In this document: piece by piece, positions 28,041 to 41,316 of the stretch | Layout of the letters: each line of letters opens with the position of its first letter | Position numbering within the stretch: position 1 is the stretch's first letter | Assembly (NCBI RefSeq): GCF_018350175.1 | Contig: NC_058368.1 | Coordinates: 217,188,001-217,252,000 of the forward strand | Reading direction: 5' to 3' | DNA: 64,000 nt | From: Felis catus | Lineage: Eukaryota | Translations under genes and position numbers: made by a program | Notes under the pieces: generated by a model | The model's database searches: none | What the model was told of the DNA's origin: nothing | The model's input: only the letters and a program-made list of their open reading frames with translations

Positions 28041-28789
28041 GGTATATTTATAATTGGAATATTGCCAGAAAGGTGGAAAAACGGTGGTACAAGCTGGTTT
28101 CAAGAAGAGATTGGACAATAATCTGATAGAGGGAAACAAAATCATCAAGGAAAGGAGGCTGGTAAAGGGACTAATCATCCCCAGGCAATTCAAAATGGAT
28201 GAAGTGGGTCAAATGAGAGTAAATGTATGTGAGATTTCTGTGGAAGAGTCTGTATTGTCAAATTTAGTGTGTATGAGGATAATGCACTGAGTCATCACAA
28301 ATATTAAAACTAATGAGGTTAAATGTCATTTACCGGCATGACTGCCAATGGGACTCTGAGTCTGAGATAAGGACTAACGCAGTATAGTGTGTGATCTTTT
28401 AAAAGTCGTGGATGTATGAGGAAATAGTAGAAGTCCAGCTAATGTCGGAGAAAGTAAAACCCACCGTGCAGTGAAAGGTGGGAAGAGATGTTTGACCAGG
28501 AAAAAAAATTTGGTTTGGTCAGTGAACAAGAGATATAGGATATGACTCTTGAGGAGTTTATAATTCTTTTTTCAAGTGTTAATCATAGTGGAGCTTGGAT
28601 GAGTGTGACCTCATGTTTCTGGGCTTTGAAGTTTAGTCCTCAGAAGAGAACCTCGTGATGTTCACTCCAAACTCTGTGGCTCTAGTCTCAAGCAGAAAGA
28701 ATGAAAACCACCACAGTATTTCCCATCTGTTCAGATAATGCTAGAGAGAAAAATTTAAAGCCATGATACCCTTAAAAATCAAAGGTCTG

Positions 28790-29018
28790 GGGGGCACCTG
28801 GGTGGCTCAGTCAGTTAAGCATCCGACTTCAGCTCAGGTCATGATCTCGTGATTCGTGAGTTTGAGCCCCATGTTGGGCTCTGTGCAGACAGCTCAGAGA
28901 CTGGAGCCTGCTTCATGGATTCTGTCTTCCTCTCTCTCTGCCCTCCCCAGCTTGCTCGCTCACTCATTCTCTCTCTCTCTCTCAAAAATAAATAAACTTT
29001 AAATTTAAAAAAAATTTA
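28790..29018 (+). mobile_element. Can-SINE (SINEC_Fc)
   Basis: TSD aaaaatcaaag(g/t)tctg at 28774-28789 and 29019-29034. Confidence 0.97.
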
Positions 29019-29154
29019 AAAAATCAAAGTTCTGTTTAAGTTTATGTTCTGGGCCATTTCACTTAAAATATGTATACATATATTATACATAATAAACCTG
29101 GTAATCTCTATAGGAATCAATAACTAAACATTTACCTTGGGTAAGATACTAAAG

Positions 29155-29222
29155 CTCCCTCTCTCTGCTGCTCCCCTGCTTGCTCTCTCTCTCTCAAAAT
29201 AAATAAATAAATAAATAAGTAA
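29155..29222 (+). mobile_element. Can-SINE 3' fragment
   Basis: (CT)n followed by an (aaat)n tail only. Confidence 0.75.
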
Positions 29223-29251
29223 GTTTAACATCATCACATTTACGTCATCAA

Positions 29252-29470
29252 GGGGCACCTGAGTTGTTCAGTTGGCTAAACATCTGACTTCGGCTCAGGT
29301 CATGATCTCACGGTTTGTGGGTTCAAGCCCCGCATTAGGCTCTGGGCTGACAGCTCAGAGCCTGGAGCCTGCTTCAGATTCTGTGTCTCCCTCTCTCTCT
29401 GTTCCTCCCCAGCTCTCTCTCTCTCTCAAAAATAAATAAAGAGCAAAACAAAAATTAGAGAAAATAAAAA
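29252..29470 (+). mobile_element. Can-SINE (SINEC_Fc)
   Basis: ggggcacctg head, body and A-tail. Confidence 0.95.
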
Positions 29471-29614
29471 GATAAAGCAGAGACTACTTTTGCTTTCATG
29501 GAGTTCACAATTCAATTTGGGCTGACAAGATATATATTAAAATATAGAGAATGGTTTTCATTCTGATAAATATTGCATAAATAAAGTTTCTATGTATATT
29601 TCACCGTTCAATAT

Positions 29615-29830
29615 GGAAGCAGAGTACAATGGAAATAACTTAAAATTAAGATTCAGAGTACTGACCAATCAACCAAGTAGCTCTGTGACCTTGGGCAGGT
29701 TACTTACATGCCCATATAGAAAAGAATATATAATTCATGACTTGAAAAATTTTTGTAAAGATTGTAAAATAATGGGTATAAATTTTTATTTTAGTGTCTT
29801 GGAAATAAAAGCCATTTAATAAATGATGGT
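29615..29830 (+). mobile_element. MIR
   Basis: tagctctgtgaccttgggcaggttactta MIR core. Confidence 0.7.
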
Positions 29831-32299
29831 TCATATTAATGGCAATTAAAGACTACTATGAAATGAATTGTAATATTTAAATAAATGGATTTCTTACCAT
29901 ATGAGCACATTTATTATTAGACAGTAGTAGGCACATCATATAAAAAGTTTTTGAAATGTTTTATTATTTCAGAATTTATATAAATGCCATGTCCCTCTTT
30001 TCCCTCTATTAATCTTATGTATAATTATCACTTAGTTAAATGTGTTCATTATTTGATTGTAAGTCTAATATTGTATAAACATCGGCTGAATCACACTGTT
30101 TGATGTCAAACAAAAATCATAAAATTGTAACCAACTTTTGGAAATCCTAAGAATATGTATATATTTATAAAACTTTTAATGTCAAAGGCTAATGGTATAA
30201 GTTGGCTCAAATGGTCATTAATTAATATTTGTGTCAGTTTGTAGATCCAACTGTCAAGAAGGTGAAGGACTTTTACCTAAGTGGAGACATATCTTACACA
30301 AATAATAACTGTATCCATACAAATTTCTCAGTGTGCATTCAAAGGATTTCACGTGTCTAGGATGATGAGGGAAAGAAAGTCAAATAGAAATAATCATGAA
30401 CATACTTAGTTTATAAGCTGAGAATAAGATTCACGGGTGAATTAAAACTGTTTTGTATTAGCATCAAAAATTTAAATTATTAAATACAATTAAAAATTTA
30501 TTTTTTTAAAAAATTCAAAAAATAAATTATTAAAATAAACCAAAGTACATAATAATTATGGCTTGGAGATTTACTCGATTTTACCCTGTACAGTGATTTC
30601 AAACAATAGGCAATGTATCTTCTAAAAAATATTTATTTAAATGCGTAATATTGAATATATTATTGTTAAAGGTAGACACTTTTAGAAAGGAAGTAACTGA
30701 TTCATTTTTAAATTTGTATGCTTAAAATTTTTGCATAGTTTACTATATCACGCATTTTAGAATAAAAAGAAGCATTCAAAATAAAGATGATAGTATTTCA
30801 CAGACTAACGTAAAATAGCAGAATTTGGAGCAAAAGAGACCTTAAGAAGAGGTATTTTCATCTACTTTTTCACTATTAGGCATAAATCCAATTTAGAGTT
30901 CTTGGTCGTTGATGCCTAAAGTAATATGCCTGCTAGGTATCCTGGGAATCAATCAAAGTTTCTACTGCCCTTGTAAAAATAATGACCCAATAATGAATAT
31001 TCAAAAGGTACCAGAAGTCACTAACATATCTAATTCATTTTCTTTTTAAATCTGAACAAAATTTTGTTTATGCTTAGAGAAAAAAACTGGAAAACCTGAA
31101 AGAAAGTAATATGTAACATTCTAGATTCTAGCATATGTTTTCTTTTGAAATTTTGTACCAAACCAACTAGCTGCCAGACAGGTGAAAGCTATATTTGGCA
31201 ATAAAAAATAATTTACACTTAGGAAGATATGTGTTGATGCTAACATTTGATGAACAATGGATTTTTATTTCCAGGTTTTGAATCATATTCACAGTGCATC
31301 TAGTTTCTATTTTGCAGACTTTTTTTTCTTTTAAATCCAGAGAACATTGGGTTTGTTTTCAAAAATAATATTTTACTTACCTTAAACCACTTAAACTAAT
31401 GTGACAAACCTTTCTCCTTATTCATTTTGTGGAAACTGCTACATATTCCAAATGTATGGCTTTGCTCACCAGAACACAACAAACTATGAATATTGAAGTG
31501 AAAAATTCTCTCCATTACATTCTATTCAATTATTGGAAAACTATGAAATTATAATTATGAACATATTGTGAAATAAAAAACTATTGATTTAGATTAAAAC
31601 ATATATTCTAAAATAGGATGCATAAATATTTTAATGATGTATTATTCTTTCCTGTGTAGCATCTTAATGTTTCATAAATAACAGTAAATTTTGGTTAAAT
31701 TGGGAGTATACCATTTTTCACATCTTTAAATATAGGGAATTACCTGCAGAAATTCATGTTTCTCTTATCATATGAATAAAGCAAGACTGATAGGTCGAAA
31801 TGCCGAAATAAACATTCAGTTTATTATACCACATGAGAAGGCAGTTATATTTAGCTTTAGATATTCTGTCAGTTGATTTTCTATGACTGTATTTTCCCCC
31901 TCAGGTGGGCATTTGTGTACATATCAGGGGCAAACTGGGAGGGTGGAGAGCTAATGAAAAAAAAAAAAACCATATACCTTATCTTCCTGAAGTTAAAATA
32001 TCAAACTGAATTTTTTTCACTTTCATTTTAATTCAAACTCTACACTAAAACATTTTGAATTCTCTATCAAGAATAAGGAAACGTGATGCAGCTTGGTTTA
32101 GGGATACCACACACACGGTGGCCAAGGTCTTTCCATGTCAGACAGAAGAAAGGTCTACACTTCTCTCTTCTCTTTCAATCCACTGGTTATAAATATGCAG
32201 GTTAACATGGGGATGAAAACATACCGTTTATGGTAAGGATCTTGACCTTGTAAACTGAAGTAGCAAACTTAGAAGGTGGTGTAGATATTGCTGAACGGG

Positions 32300-32515
32300 T
32301 AAGCTCTGAACATTGACAGCCAGGCAGCTTCAATACTTTGGAACTGAGATCTGTAGGAATGTTATTTAACCACCTGGTACTTTATCTGTAAAATGGATGT
32401 AATCTTACTTGAACTTTCCTCAGAAAGGTGATATGAGGATGAAACAATTTATATGTTATTTATAACAGTACCTGACATATAAGAAGCAGTTGCTGACAGT
32501 GAGTGATTATTATTT
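32300..32515 (+). mobile_element. MIR
   Basis: gttatttaaccacct...atctgtaaaatgga...acagtacctgacatataag. Confidence 0.65.
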
Positions 32516-33664
32516 TCTTAATTAGCTAGTTTGATGTAGAAAGTAAAGTACCACTGTCAGACCTCAACGTGAATCAGAATCGCATATGATTTTAGAACTA
32601 CCATTTTTAGTTAACTGTACCCATATTCACAGGAGGCTGAAGTGAACTCATCAGTTAGATTAGAGGAAATCGGTAAATTCATTCAGAAGAGAATAAAACA
32701 AGTTGAAACTTGGTGTTACAAAGTCATACGAAAGTTGCTTCACTTTACTTTTTGAAAGCTATGTAGACTGTTTGAAGAGATATCCTACATCACCAAATTT
32801 TATTTATTTTTTAATCTCAAATAGGTAGAAAATTCAAATAGCTTACAAGTTAACAGCACAGGCAAAATAAAGGTCAATTTCAAAATATTTTCTCTAACAT
32901 TATAATATAGAATATTTCCTAAAAGTCCAAGATTAGAAACAAAAGAAGATAAAAGATGAAAGCATAACTTCTTAATATTCCTGTCTAAACTATATGTCTG
33001 TGTGTGTATGAATGTGACATGTTTTACCACCACCTTCTATAAAAAAATACAAGCTGTCCAACGAAATAAAAAGAATTTCATGGTAATGCTCATTGTGTTT
33101 AACAAGAATTCCAGAAAGCACAACACTATACTCTGAAACTAATCCTCTCATATATAACCTGGGATTTATTTTGCCTATATATCATCGCACTCAGTGATAT
33201 ATTCCATTTTTTCCCTGCAAAACGTTCCACGCTATTTCTTTTCAAAGATGTGTAGGTGTGTGGTTTTAAAAAATCAATATGTGTGTGTACGTGTGTAAAT
33301 ATATATATTCATCCAATGCTCACAGTCTTTAGTTACCATCCTACTTGTTTTTCAACATTTAAAATCAAATTCCTGAGCACGTGTGATCTATAACTGCTGC
33401 CCTAACCTCTTAAGAGCCTGTCAGTTTAGCACCAGGAATCTGTGATCACTAATGAGCAACTTTATCAAATCCAACAATATTTATGTGTCTTTCCTTCCTT
33501 AACTGCTCATAGCACCTTACTCGATTATTTAGAATTCAGTATTTAAGAAGCTGACTTTGTCACACAACAGCATTTATCTTACTCTTAGGAATGTTACACA
33601 ACCTCTCAAGATATACATCCCTCATTATTAAGGAAAGAGATAATTCATACCCCATACAGATATT

Positions 33665-33866
33665 TAATGTTTATTTATTTTTGAGAGAGAGAGATAGATC
33701 GTGAGTGGGGGAGAGGCAGGGAAAGAGGAAGACACAGAATCCAAAACTGTCCCCAGGCTCCGAGCTGTCAGCACAGAGCCCAACATGGGGCCTGAACTCA
33801 CGAACTGCAAGATCACGACCTAAGTCAAAGTCAGATGCTTAACCGACTGAACCACCCAGGTGCCCC
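33665..33866 (-). mobile_element. Can-SINE inserted in a MIR (~33560-33950)
   Basis: Full body; catacagatattt on both sides. Confidence 0.93.
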
Positions 33867-34451
33867 ATACATACAGATATTTTAAGAAATAATGAAATTT
33901 TTCCAGTGCCTAGAAAACATCAAATCCTTAATAAATTGAAGCTATTATAACTATTGTAGTTTTTGTTTATGTTATTACTGACCATATTGTTTATCTTTGA
34001 AATTTTCCCTTTGGTTTTTGTGATGCTAATTCCCCCCCCCCAACTCTTCTTTTAATTTATAGTTTTTTCACAACACCTGTATGCCTATCACACTATATCT
34101 GTGCTAGATATTTTCTTATGATCTTTCCAGATTCCCTCTCAACTATTTTGGAAGCAGTTCCATGGCCTGGAGCTCTGACTTTAATTGATAGCCTTAATGG
34201 TCTCCCTGGCACTATGGCTATTAGTCGGGTTTAATAAGGTTGGGTATGAATTCCTTTACTCCCCCTACCCCAGTCAGATCACTATATGTTTACTGTGTCC
34301 CTCCACCTAAGGCCACAGCTTTAGAGGCAGTCCTATTCCCAAAGACACTTCTTCCTTTTTCTTTTCAGATCTATGGTAACAGAGTTCCCCACTATCAGTG
34401 TCCCTGGGGACCGTACTATTTCTTGCAGTTTTCATAGTTCTCCCTACACAT

Positions 34452-34606
34452 TTAAGAGACACAGCGGGAGACAGAGAGAATCCCAAGCAAGCTCAGCGCT
34501 GTCAGCTCAGAGCCCATGGCAGGGTTTGAACTCACAAACCGTGAGATCATGACCTGAGCCAAAACCAAGAGTCTGACGTTAAATCGACTGAGCCACCCAG
34601 GTGCTT
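34452..34606 (-). mobile_element. Can-SINE (partial) inside the LTR
   Basis: gagagaatcccaagc...ctgagccacccaggtgc. Confidence 0.9.
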
Positions 34607-35457
34607 CATAAATAGCTCCTTTCTTAAGCAATCATGTTACCTATTTGAAAGTGCTATTTCCAACCGGAACTTTGCAACATAGGGAAATTGGTTTCGGAGT
34701 GGCACACAAAAATAGACCTCCCGAGGAGGTGTCGGATCAGTCATCTGGGAGTGCCATTTATAATCTACTAGTTGGCAGATTTCATGCCTAAATTCATGGC
34801 TGTCTGGAGGAAGGGAGGGTGAATGCTGAAATTATTTTGCTTTTTCTTAGAGAAAGAAGATAAAAGACCTAGATGAAAATGTTACAATGGGACTATGATA
34901 CAGTGCTATGATACAGTTCCTATCCAGCTACCTCCTAATATAACCTCTAGGTAGCCTGGTGATTATACCTTCTACTTTTTGTTAAGGAATGCATTGAAGG
35001 GGTGGCCACTCATTTTACTAGAATGATCTATGGTGGGAGAAGTCCAATAGGCAGAGATGAAGGTGGATGAAGCCACGATGAGATTGTATTCCCAATATTC
35101 ATGGAAATGTTGGGACTGGGGTAGAAGGTAGGTTTTATGCTTATCCAAGGGAACTTTATAGCAAATGGGAGAACAAAAGTAGTTGTCACAGTGTTTTCAC
35201 TAGCAGGGATGGGATAATGGCTTCTTAATAATGGAATCTGTATGAATGAAATGGATGGGCAACTGCAATCCTGTCTGGTATACCTAATCAGAAAGTCTCA
35301 GTCTGTAGAGCAGAAATCTAGCAGGACATCATGCATTGGAAGTAAGTTGACCTTTCCAATCATAAAGTTGAACACATAAGGCATGTTCCACTACAAAATA
35401 GAACCGGCAAAGATTAAACCAGACTTGAAGACAAACTGCATGAGCCAAGGTTCAGAC

Positions 35458-35642
35458 GAGTGGTGTGCTGGTTAGTGTTCAACAACTAGCTTCTCAGCTG
35501 GAGGTGGTAGGAAGCCCTAACTAGTAGCATTTGTTAATTTCTGTAATATAATACTTTCATCTTGGTCAATACCCGGAGATAGGAAGAGAGGTACGTAATT
35601 GGCCCATGGGAGCCTACGCAAGGCATCCTGAGCACACCTCTG
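35458..35642. mobile_element. MER63-like hAT DNA transposon
   Basis: Terminal inverted repeats gagtggtgtgctgg / gagcacacctctg; 8-bp TSD-like gttcagac (35450-35457) and ggttagac (35643-35650). Confidence 0.75.
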
Positions 35643-35751
35643 GGTTAGACTCCTATGATACATGCTAAATTTGGCCTCCTGGTAGTTTCCCATTCTCAGT
35701 TAACCTAGGACTAGCTTACAGATTGATGGCGTGTTCAATAATCAAATATAT

Positions 35752-35968
35752 CAGGGGTTGGGAAACGATGGCTTGTGGATTAAATCTGCTCTACCATCTG
35801 TTTGTGTAAATTAAGTTTTATTGGAACACAGGCACATTTGTTTATATATTTTCTATGGCTGTTTTTGTGCTCAGACCCACAGAGATAAGTAGTTGCAATA
35901 GAGACCATATGAACCACAGAGCCTAAAATACTATCTACCCTTTACAGAAAAGATTTGCTAATTCCCAA
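35752..35968. mobile_element. MER58A-like hAT-Charlie element
   Basis: caggggttgggaaac...aagttttattggaacacag...gagcctaaaata...cctttacagaaaa. Confidence 0.85.
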
Positions 35969-37439
35969 AGTAGGCTAAAAACAAAACAAAACAAAACCGT
36001 TTTAAAGTTTTGTAGATGCCATTCAGCCTTTTAATCCCGCCACTTCAGTCTTGATCAAAGGTTATGGACAAATTTGTCATAGTGGCAGAAATGGAGCTAT
36101 GCACGGGCTGATCAAGATGTTGCTGAGTGTCCCGTTTCCCTAAAAAATTGGCCAATATTTAGCCCTTCATATGACACTATTCTTAGAGGGTTCAGACATT
36201 ACATGTTTCACGTTGGATCATGGACAGGGCAGCGGTTTGTTGGCCAAAACACACACGACTTCGGTTGCAGATTTGCCTTCCTTGCCTGCAGTGTCTCTAT
36301 CATCATAATCGTCATTTTTGGAATTACAGAATACCAACCAAAGGTCTCCACTGTGGAGACTACCTCGGAAAGCCAGAGTCACTATTCTAACAGTCCTGAT
36401 TAAAGTGCAGCTAATCCAACAAAAACAGGATGCTAAAGTTTCAGATCTTACAAACGTACAGGATTAAGTCATGTCTTCACCTACTCCATTCTGCTAAGGT
36501 GCTAGCAGAATTTAAGGATAATTAGAAAAGAAGGAAGTTATCATTATCAATTTAGACGTTGTGTCCAGATACAGAAACAGGTACCAAGACAGCTCTATTT
36601 CATATAATTATTTCCTTTTCCTCTTTTGTTTCCAGTAGCTTATATGAAAGTCACTGGTGATTAACATTTTAAGATTGAAGACAGAATATGAATTAACTGA
36701 TATTACCATGCAACATCTGACTCTGTACGTGATACATGTTAGGAAAAAAAATTGTTTACCTCGGCACAGCACAACAGTTGGTAGGAATCGCCTATGCTGG
36801 ATTACTGCCATTTGAATCTTCTATCACGATGCTCCAGTTTTCTTTCCTCTCACCTGCTATGTCCAGTAAAGGTAACTTTTCTGGACTTCATCAATGAGTT
36901 ACCATGACCCCTAGCTTTCAGGTGAGTTTGCCCAATAGAATTATTGGCAGATCAGAAAGTAAGAAGAAAGTCAGACTGTTATAACTATTCCTACAATCCT
37001 CTCTATGCCAGATCATTATGCATTGGGAGACACAATTTTGTAATATTTCCAAATTCTTATAATTTCTCTCTTCCCTGATTAGAGCTAACAGGATTCTGTT
37101 TTTGACATTTTCTCAGTACCCTTCAGTTATACAAGATACGTCAAAGAGCAAGAAAAAAAACTTTTAAGTAAATAAATAAAAGGGATATTTGAATATAAAT
37201 TGTGCAGCTAGCTATATCTTATTTCAGATACTATGGAAATCCTTATGGTGGCCATCGGTGACATAATTGCCATAGTTCCTGCCATCATTGACCAGTTAAT
37301 GCACAAGACAAACTTTAAACAAGTCTCAACCATGCTGTGTAAGGAGCTGATTACCTAGAATAAAAATGGAGTCTATAGATCTAGTGATGAGGTCACTGCA
37401 ATAGTCCCAGCAAGAACTGATGTATAAAAACACAAGCAT

Positions 37440-37960
37440 ACTTGCTAATATTGGTATTGCTTTACAATGTCCTGGCAAGTGCAATAAGGTAATAGGTGTA
37501 TAAATATTGAAAATGAGACAGAGTTCTTATATTTAGGTGATATGCTTGGCTATGTGTTATCCCCAGGAGATTCAACAAAGACAATGTTAAAATTGAATTC
37601 AGTAAGGAAGTCAGTTGCTATCTGAATAACTTTCCTTTTTATGGAAAACCAAAAAGGTACTACAGTTAGAATATACTATTCACCACAGCAAAGACGGCTG
37701 CAATACAAAGGAAAGGGAGCTGCGCACTGTGAGGAGGGCTGGGTAAGGCTGAAGGCTTGACAGAAACAGCCATGGTCTGAACTCTGTGTGCTTGCTTAGG
37801 AAAAGCAGGAGACATTTTATGTTTTACTTAGAGATGATGGCATAAAAATGAGAACCAACTGGACTAAATGAAAAAGGTCTTTGATTAGAAGATTTTCCAG
37901 TAAAAATGATTAATTCTTCCCAAATAATTCTGTAAGTGTAATCAGATTTAGATCAAAATC
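37440..37960 (+). mobile_element. Old L1 ORF2 fragments
   Basis: gcaagtgcaataagg...tatttaggtgatatg...gaattcagtaagg. Confidence 0.45.
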
Positions 37961-38561
37961 TCTAATCCAGCTCAATCACGTTCCATAGTTATATTGATTT
38001 AGGTTGAAATATGCAATGAGCTATTTGCCCTTGAGCATTTGACTAAATTCTCTGATCCAATCTCTTACACGGTAAAATAACCTTTTGGGGTGATTAGAAA
38101 TGTAAAGTGTAAATGAGATCACATATATACACTATCTAGTATAACGTTAGAAACTCAGGAAGTGCTTTCTATATGTTGAGTCTGTCTTTTCCTTCACAAG
38201 CTTCATGAATGAGAGACCCAACTGCCTACCAAAGCCTGTGCTTTCCCTCACAGACCTGTCTCCAGAATGTAATTACTCAGCCAGGAACTACATTCCCCAG
38301 ATTTTCTATCTAGTTGGAGTCATTTTAACCTTGACAGTGGTTCTTGTAGATAGACATATCACCACACAGGAATTCTATTCTGAATAGGAATGTTAAAAAT
38401 CAGTACACTTGACTTCCAGTGTAGCCCCAATGTGTTGGTTCTTGAAAGTTGTCATTCCTGGACTCACAACAAAGAAAAAGAGGAACAAACTAACATCAGT
38501 GGCTTTTCTTGGAATCACTGGAAAATTGTGGTCACAGGGCACATGACAACCCCAAAATCTG

Positions 38562-38597
<36 letters not shown>

Positions 38598-39542
38598 GAC
38601 AGAAATGAATGCAGATAATCGCAGCCAGAATGTTCTTGCCGAGAGCAGAAGATGCTGGAGCCACAAACTAGTATGAACACTTGAACAGCAACACTGATGA
38701 ATTCTAGAAGTGGAATGTAGGCTATTAGGAAACTGAGAAGCTCTGGGGCTCACAGTTCTAAAGATTCTTATACTTCTGCAGGTTTATCGCCAGAAACCCA
38801 ACCAGGTTCTCAAGCAGAATCCCCAAGAATAGCTATTTTTGAACTGCCTAGAGCATTCTGTGAAAAAAAAAAAAAAAGGCCTACTCACTGGGGCAAAATA
38901 TTTTACCAAAGCTTTATTACCTAATTGTGCTCCCTCTAAACTTTCTGTCAGGGTAAGATGCTTCTAAAGGTCACACACAGGAACAAAGTTCCTCTGAAAT
39001 ACTGCAGTTTAATCATAACATTATAAAATCCTTCCATGCCCCCCATACCTTAGTACCAAATCAACAAAGTTCAAGTTTAATGATGGCAATTGCAGATGAA
39101 AGAGATACAAAGCACTGACTTTATTTAAAGAGGAGTTCTTGATGAAGTAGAAGACAAGAAGGCATACAAACACAGGATGTTATGGGAATTTTGAAGCCTT
39201 TGGCATCTATAGCTACAACGAACATTAACTACAGGCATGTTCCTAGCCAGCGAGACTTAAAACCTTCTGTTATAAAGACTTTAACCTAAATTGCTATTAC
39301 CAAAATTCATTATGTTCAAATTTAAACACAAATTTATAAGACATTCCAAAAGACAAAAAAAAAAAGCCTGAAGAGAAAAGGAAATCACCAAAACCATATT
39401 CATATGTGGCATATATTTTGGGGTTATTGGATAGGAAATTTTAGATAAGTTATAGAATATGTTAAGGATTCTAATGGAAAAAGTATATAACATGTTAGAG
39501 TGGATAATGTAACCACTGTTAAGAGAATGAAAAAAAAATCAA

Positions 39543-39750
39543 GGGGCGCCTGGGTGGCTCAGTCGGTTGAGCCTCCGACTTCAGCTCAGGTCATGATCTC
39601 GCGGTCCATGAGTTCGAGGCCCGCGTCGGGCTCTGGGCTGATGGTTCGGAACCTGGAGCCTGCTTCCGATTCTGTGTCTCCCTCTCTCTCTGACCCTTCC
39701 CGTTCATTCTCTGTCTCAAAAATAAACTTAAAAAAAAATTTAAAAAAAAA
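39543..39750 (+). mobile_element. Can-SINE (SINEC_Fc)
   Basis: CpG-rich body; TSD aaga(g/t)aatgaaaaaaaa(a)tcaa at 39521 and 39751. Confidence 0.97.
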
Positions 39751-40905
39751 AAGATAATGAAAAAAAATCAAAGACTAGGAGAAAAAATCATTGTAAAACA
39801 TTGATATATAATAAAGTACTTGTATCCGTAACTCACAGAGAGTTACCTGCATGTCGTAACTCGCAGAGAACTCTTAAAACTCAACAATAGAAGAAAAACA
39901 AAACAACAACTTAAGATCTGAAGAGGACAAAAATTTAAAGAGATGTGAACCAAGTAGAGATACAAATGCAAACAAACATACAAAAAGATGTACGATATTT
40001 TTCATTAGTGAAATACAAATTAGAGCAACAGGGATACAATGACACATCCAACAGAAAGGCTGAAATAGAAAAACTGACAATACCAAATGCAAGTTAAGTA
40101 TTCAGGGCAGTGGTAACTCTCATGTCCTGGTGGCAGGAATACAAAATGGCACAGCCACTTTGGAAAGTAATTCAGTGATTTCTCACTAAGTATATAGTCT
40201 TGCCATAGGATACATCAACCAAACTGCTTGTCTTTTACCCAACTGATTTTAAAACTTATGTCTATACAAAAACCCACATGTCACTATTTTATGGAAGTTT
40301 TTCACAATTGCCCAAAACTTGACCCAGTCAAGATGTGCTTTAATAGATGAATGGAATTGCAAACTATGGTTACATCCATACAGTAGAAAAATTTTCAGTA
40401 ATAAAAAGAATTGATTTATGAAGTCACTTAAAGACGCGGGTGGACCTTAAATATATATTGTCAGCTGAAAGAAGCCAATCTAAAAATACAATATATTGCA
40501 TTATTCCAGTGATATAATGCCTGGCAAAGACAAAACTATAAAGACAGTAAAAAGCCAGTGGCTGCCAGGGGTTTGAAGAAAGAGAAGGAGGGGTTGAATA
40601 TGTGAAACACAGGGGATTTTTAGGATGGTGAAACTATTCTGTGTGATAATGTAATTGCGAATAAATTATACCATGTTTGTCAAAGCCCTAGATTTTTATA
40701 ACACAAAGTATAAACCGTAATAAGTGAACATAACAATCATTTAAGATGTTGTATGATCTCACAATAGAAAGCAAAATAATCTGTCTTACAAATACATAAA
40801 ATGATCTCCTGAACAAAGTGGGGAGGAGACAGGGACGTGCTGACCAATTGACCTAAGAAACTTTTAAAAAGAATGAATTCTGTAAGACTGAAAGAAAAGT
40901 AAATA

Positions 40906-41316
40906 GGGGCACCTGGGCAGTTCAGTTGGTTGAGTGTCTGACTCCTTTTTTTAAATGTTTATTTATTTATTTATTTTGGCGGGGGGAGGGGCATAGAGGG
41001 AGAGAGGGAATCCCAAGAGGCTCTTTGCTGTCAGTGCTAGGCTGGACCCCATGAACCATGAGATCATGACCTGAGCCGAAAAGCAAAAAGCCAATGCTTA
41101 ATGGCACGCCAAGCTTGGGATTATTGATTTCGGCTCCGATCATGATCCCAGAGTCATGGGATCCAGCCCTGCACCTGGCTGAGCGTGGAGCCTGCTTAGG
41201 ATTCTCTCTCTCTCTCCTCTCTCTCCCTCTGATCTTCTCCCACACTCGCGTGTGCTCTCTCTTTCTCGCTCTAAAAATAAATTTAAAATTTAATTAATTA
41301 ACTAACTAATTAATTT
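40906..41316 (+). mobile_element. Can-SINE containing an antisense Can-SINE (~40946-41110)
   Basis: Head at 40906-40945, antisense body, then the sense body resumes at ~41124; outer TSD aaaagta(a/c)ata. Confidence 0.88.

Larger units (their letters stand above)
34240..37130 (+). mobile_element. Eroded ERVL provirus: LTR remnant, internal fragments including integrase, second LTR remnant
   Basis: ORF 36203-36403 (SWTGQRFV...DFGCRFAFLAC...GITEY) resembles ERVL integrase (SWKGQRFVLTGIDTYSGYGFAFPA...GLTEC). gaaattggtttcggagtgg at ~34684 resembles the ERVL internal start. Related LTR33/LTR16-like text occurs at 34240-34680 and 36770-37130. Confidence 0.75.

Noticed and set aside
39543..39625. tRNA-like A/B box sequences here and in other SINE heads
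   Set aside because: These are tRNA-derived Can-SINE heads, not tRNA genes
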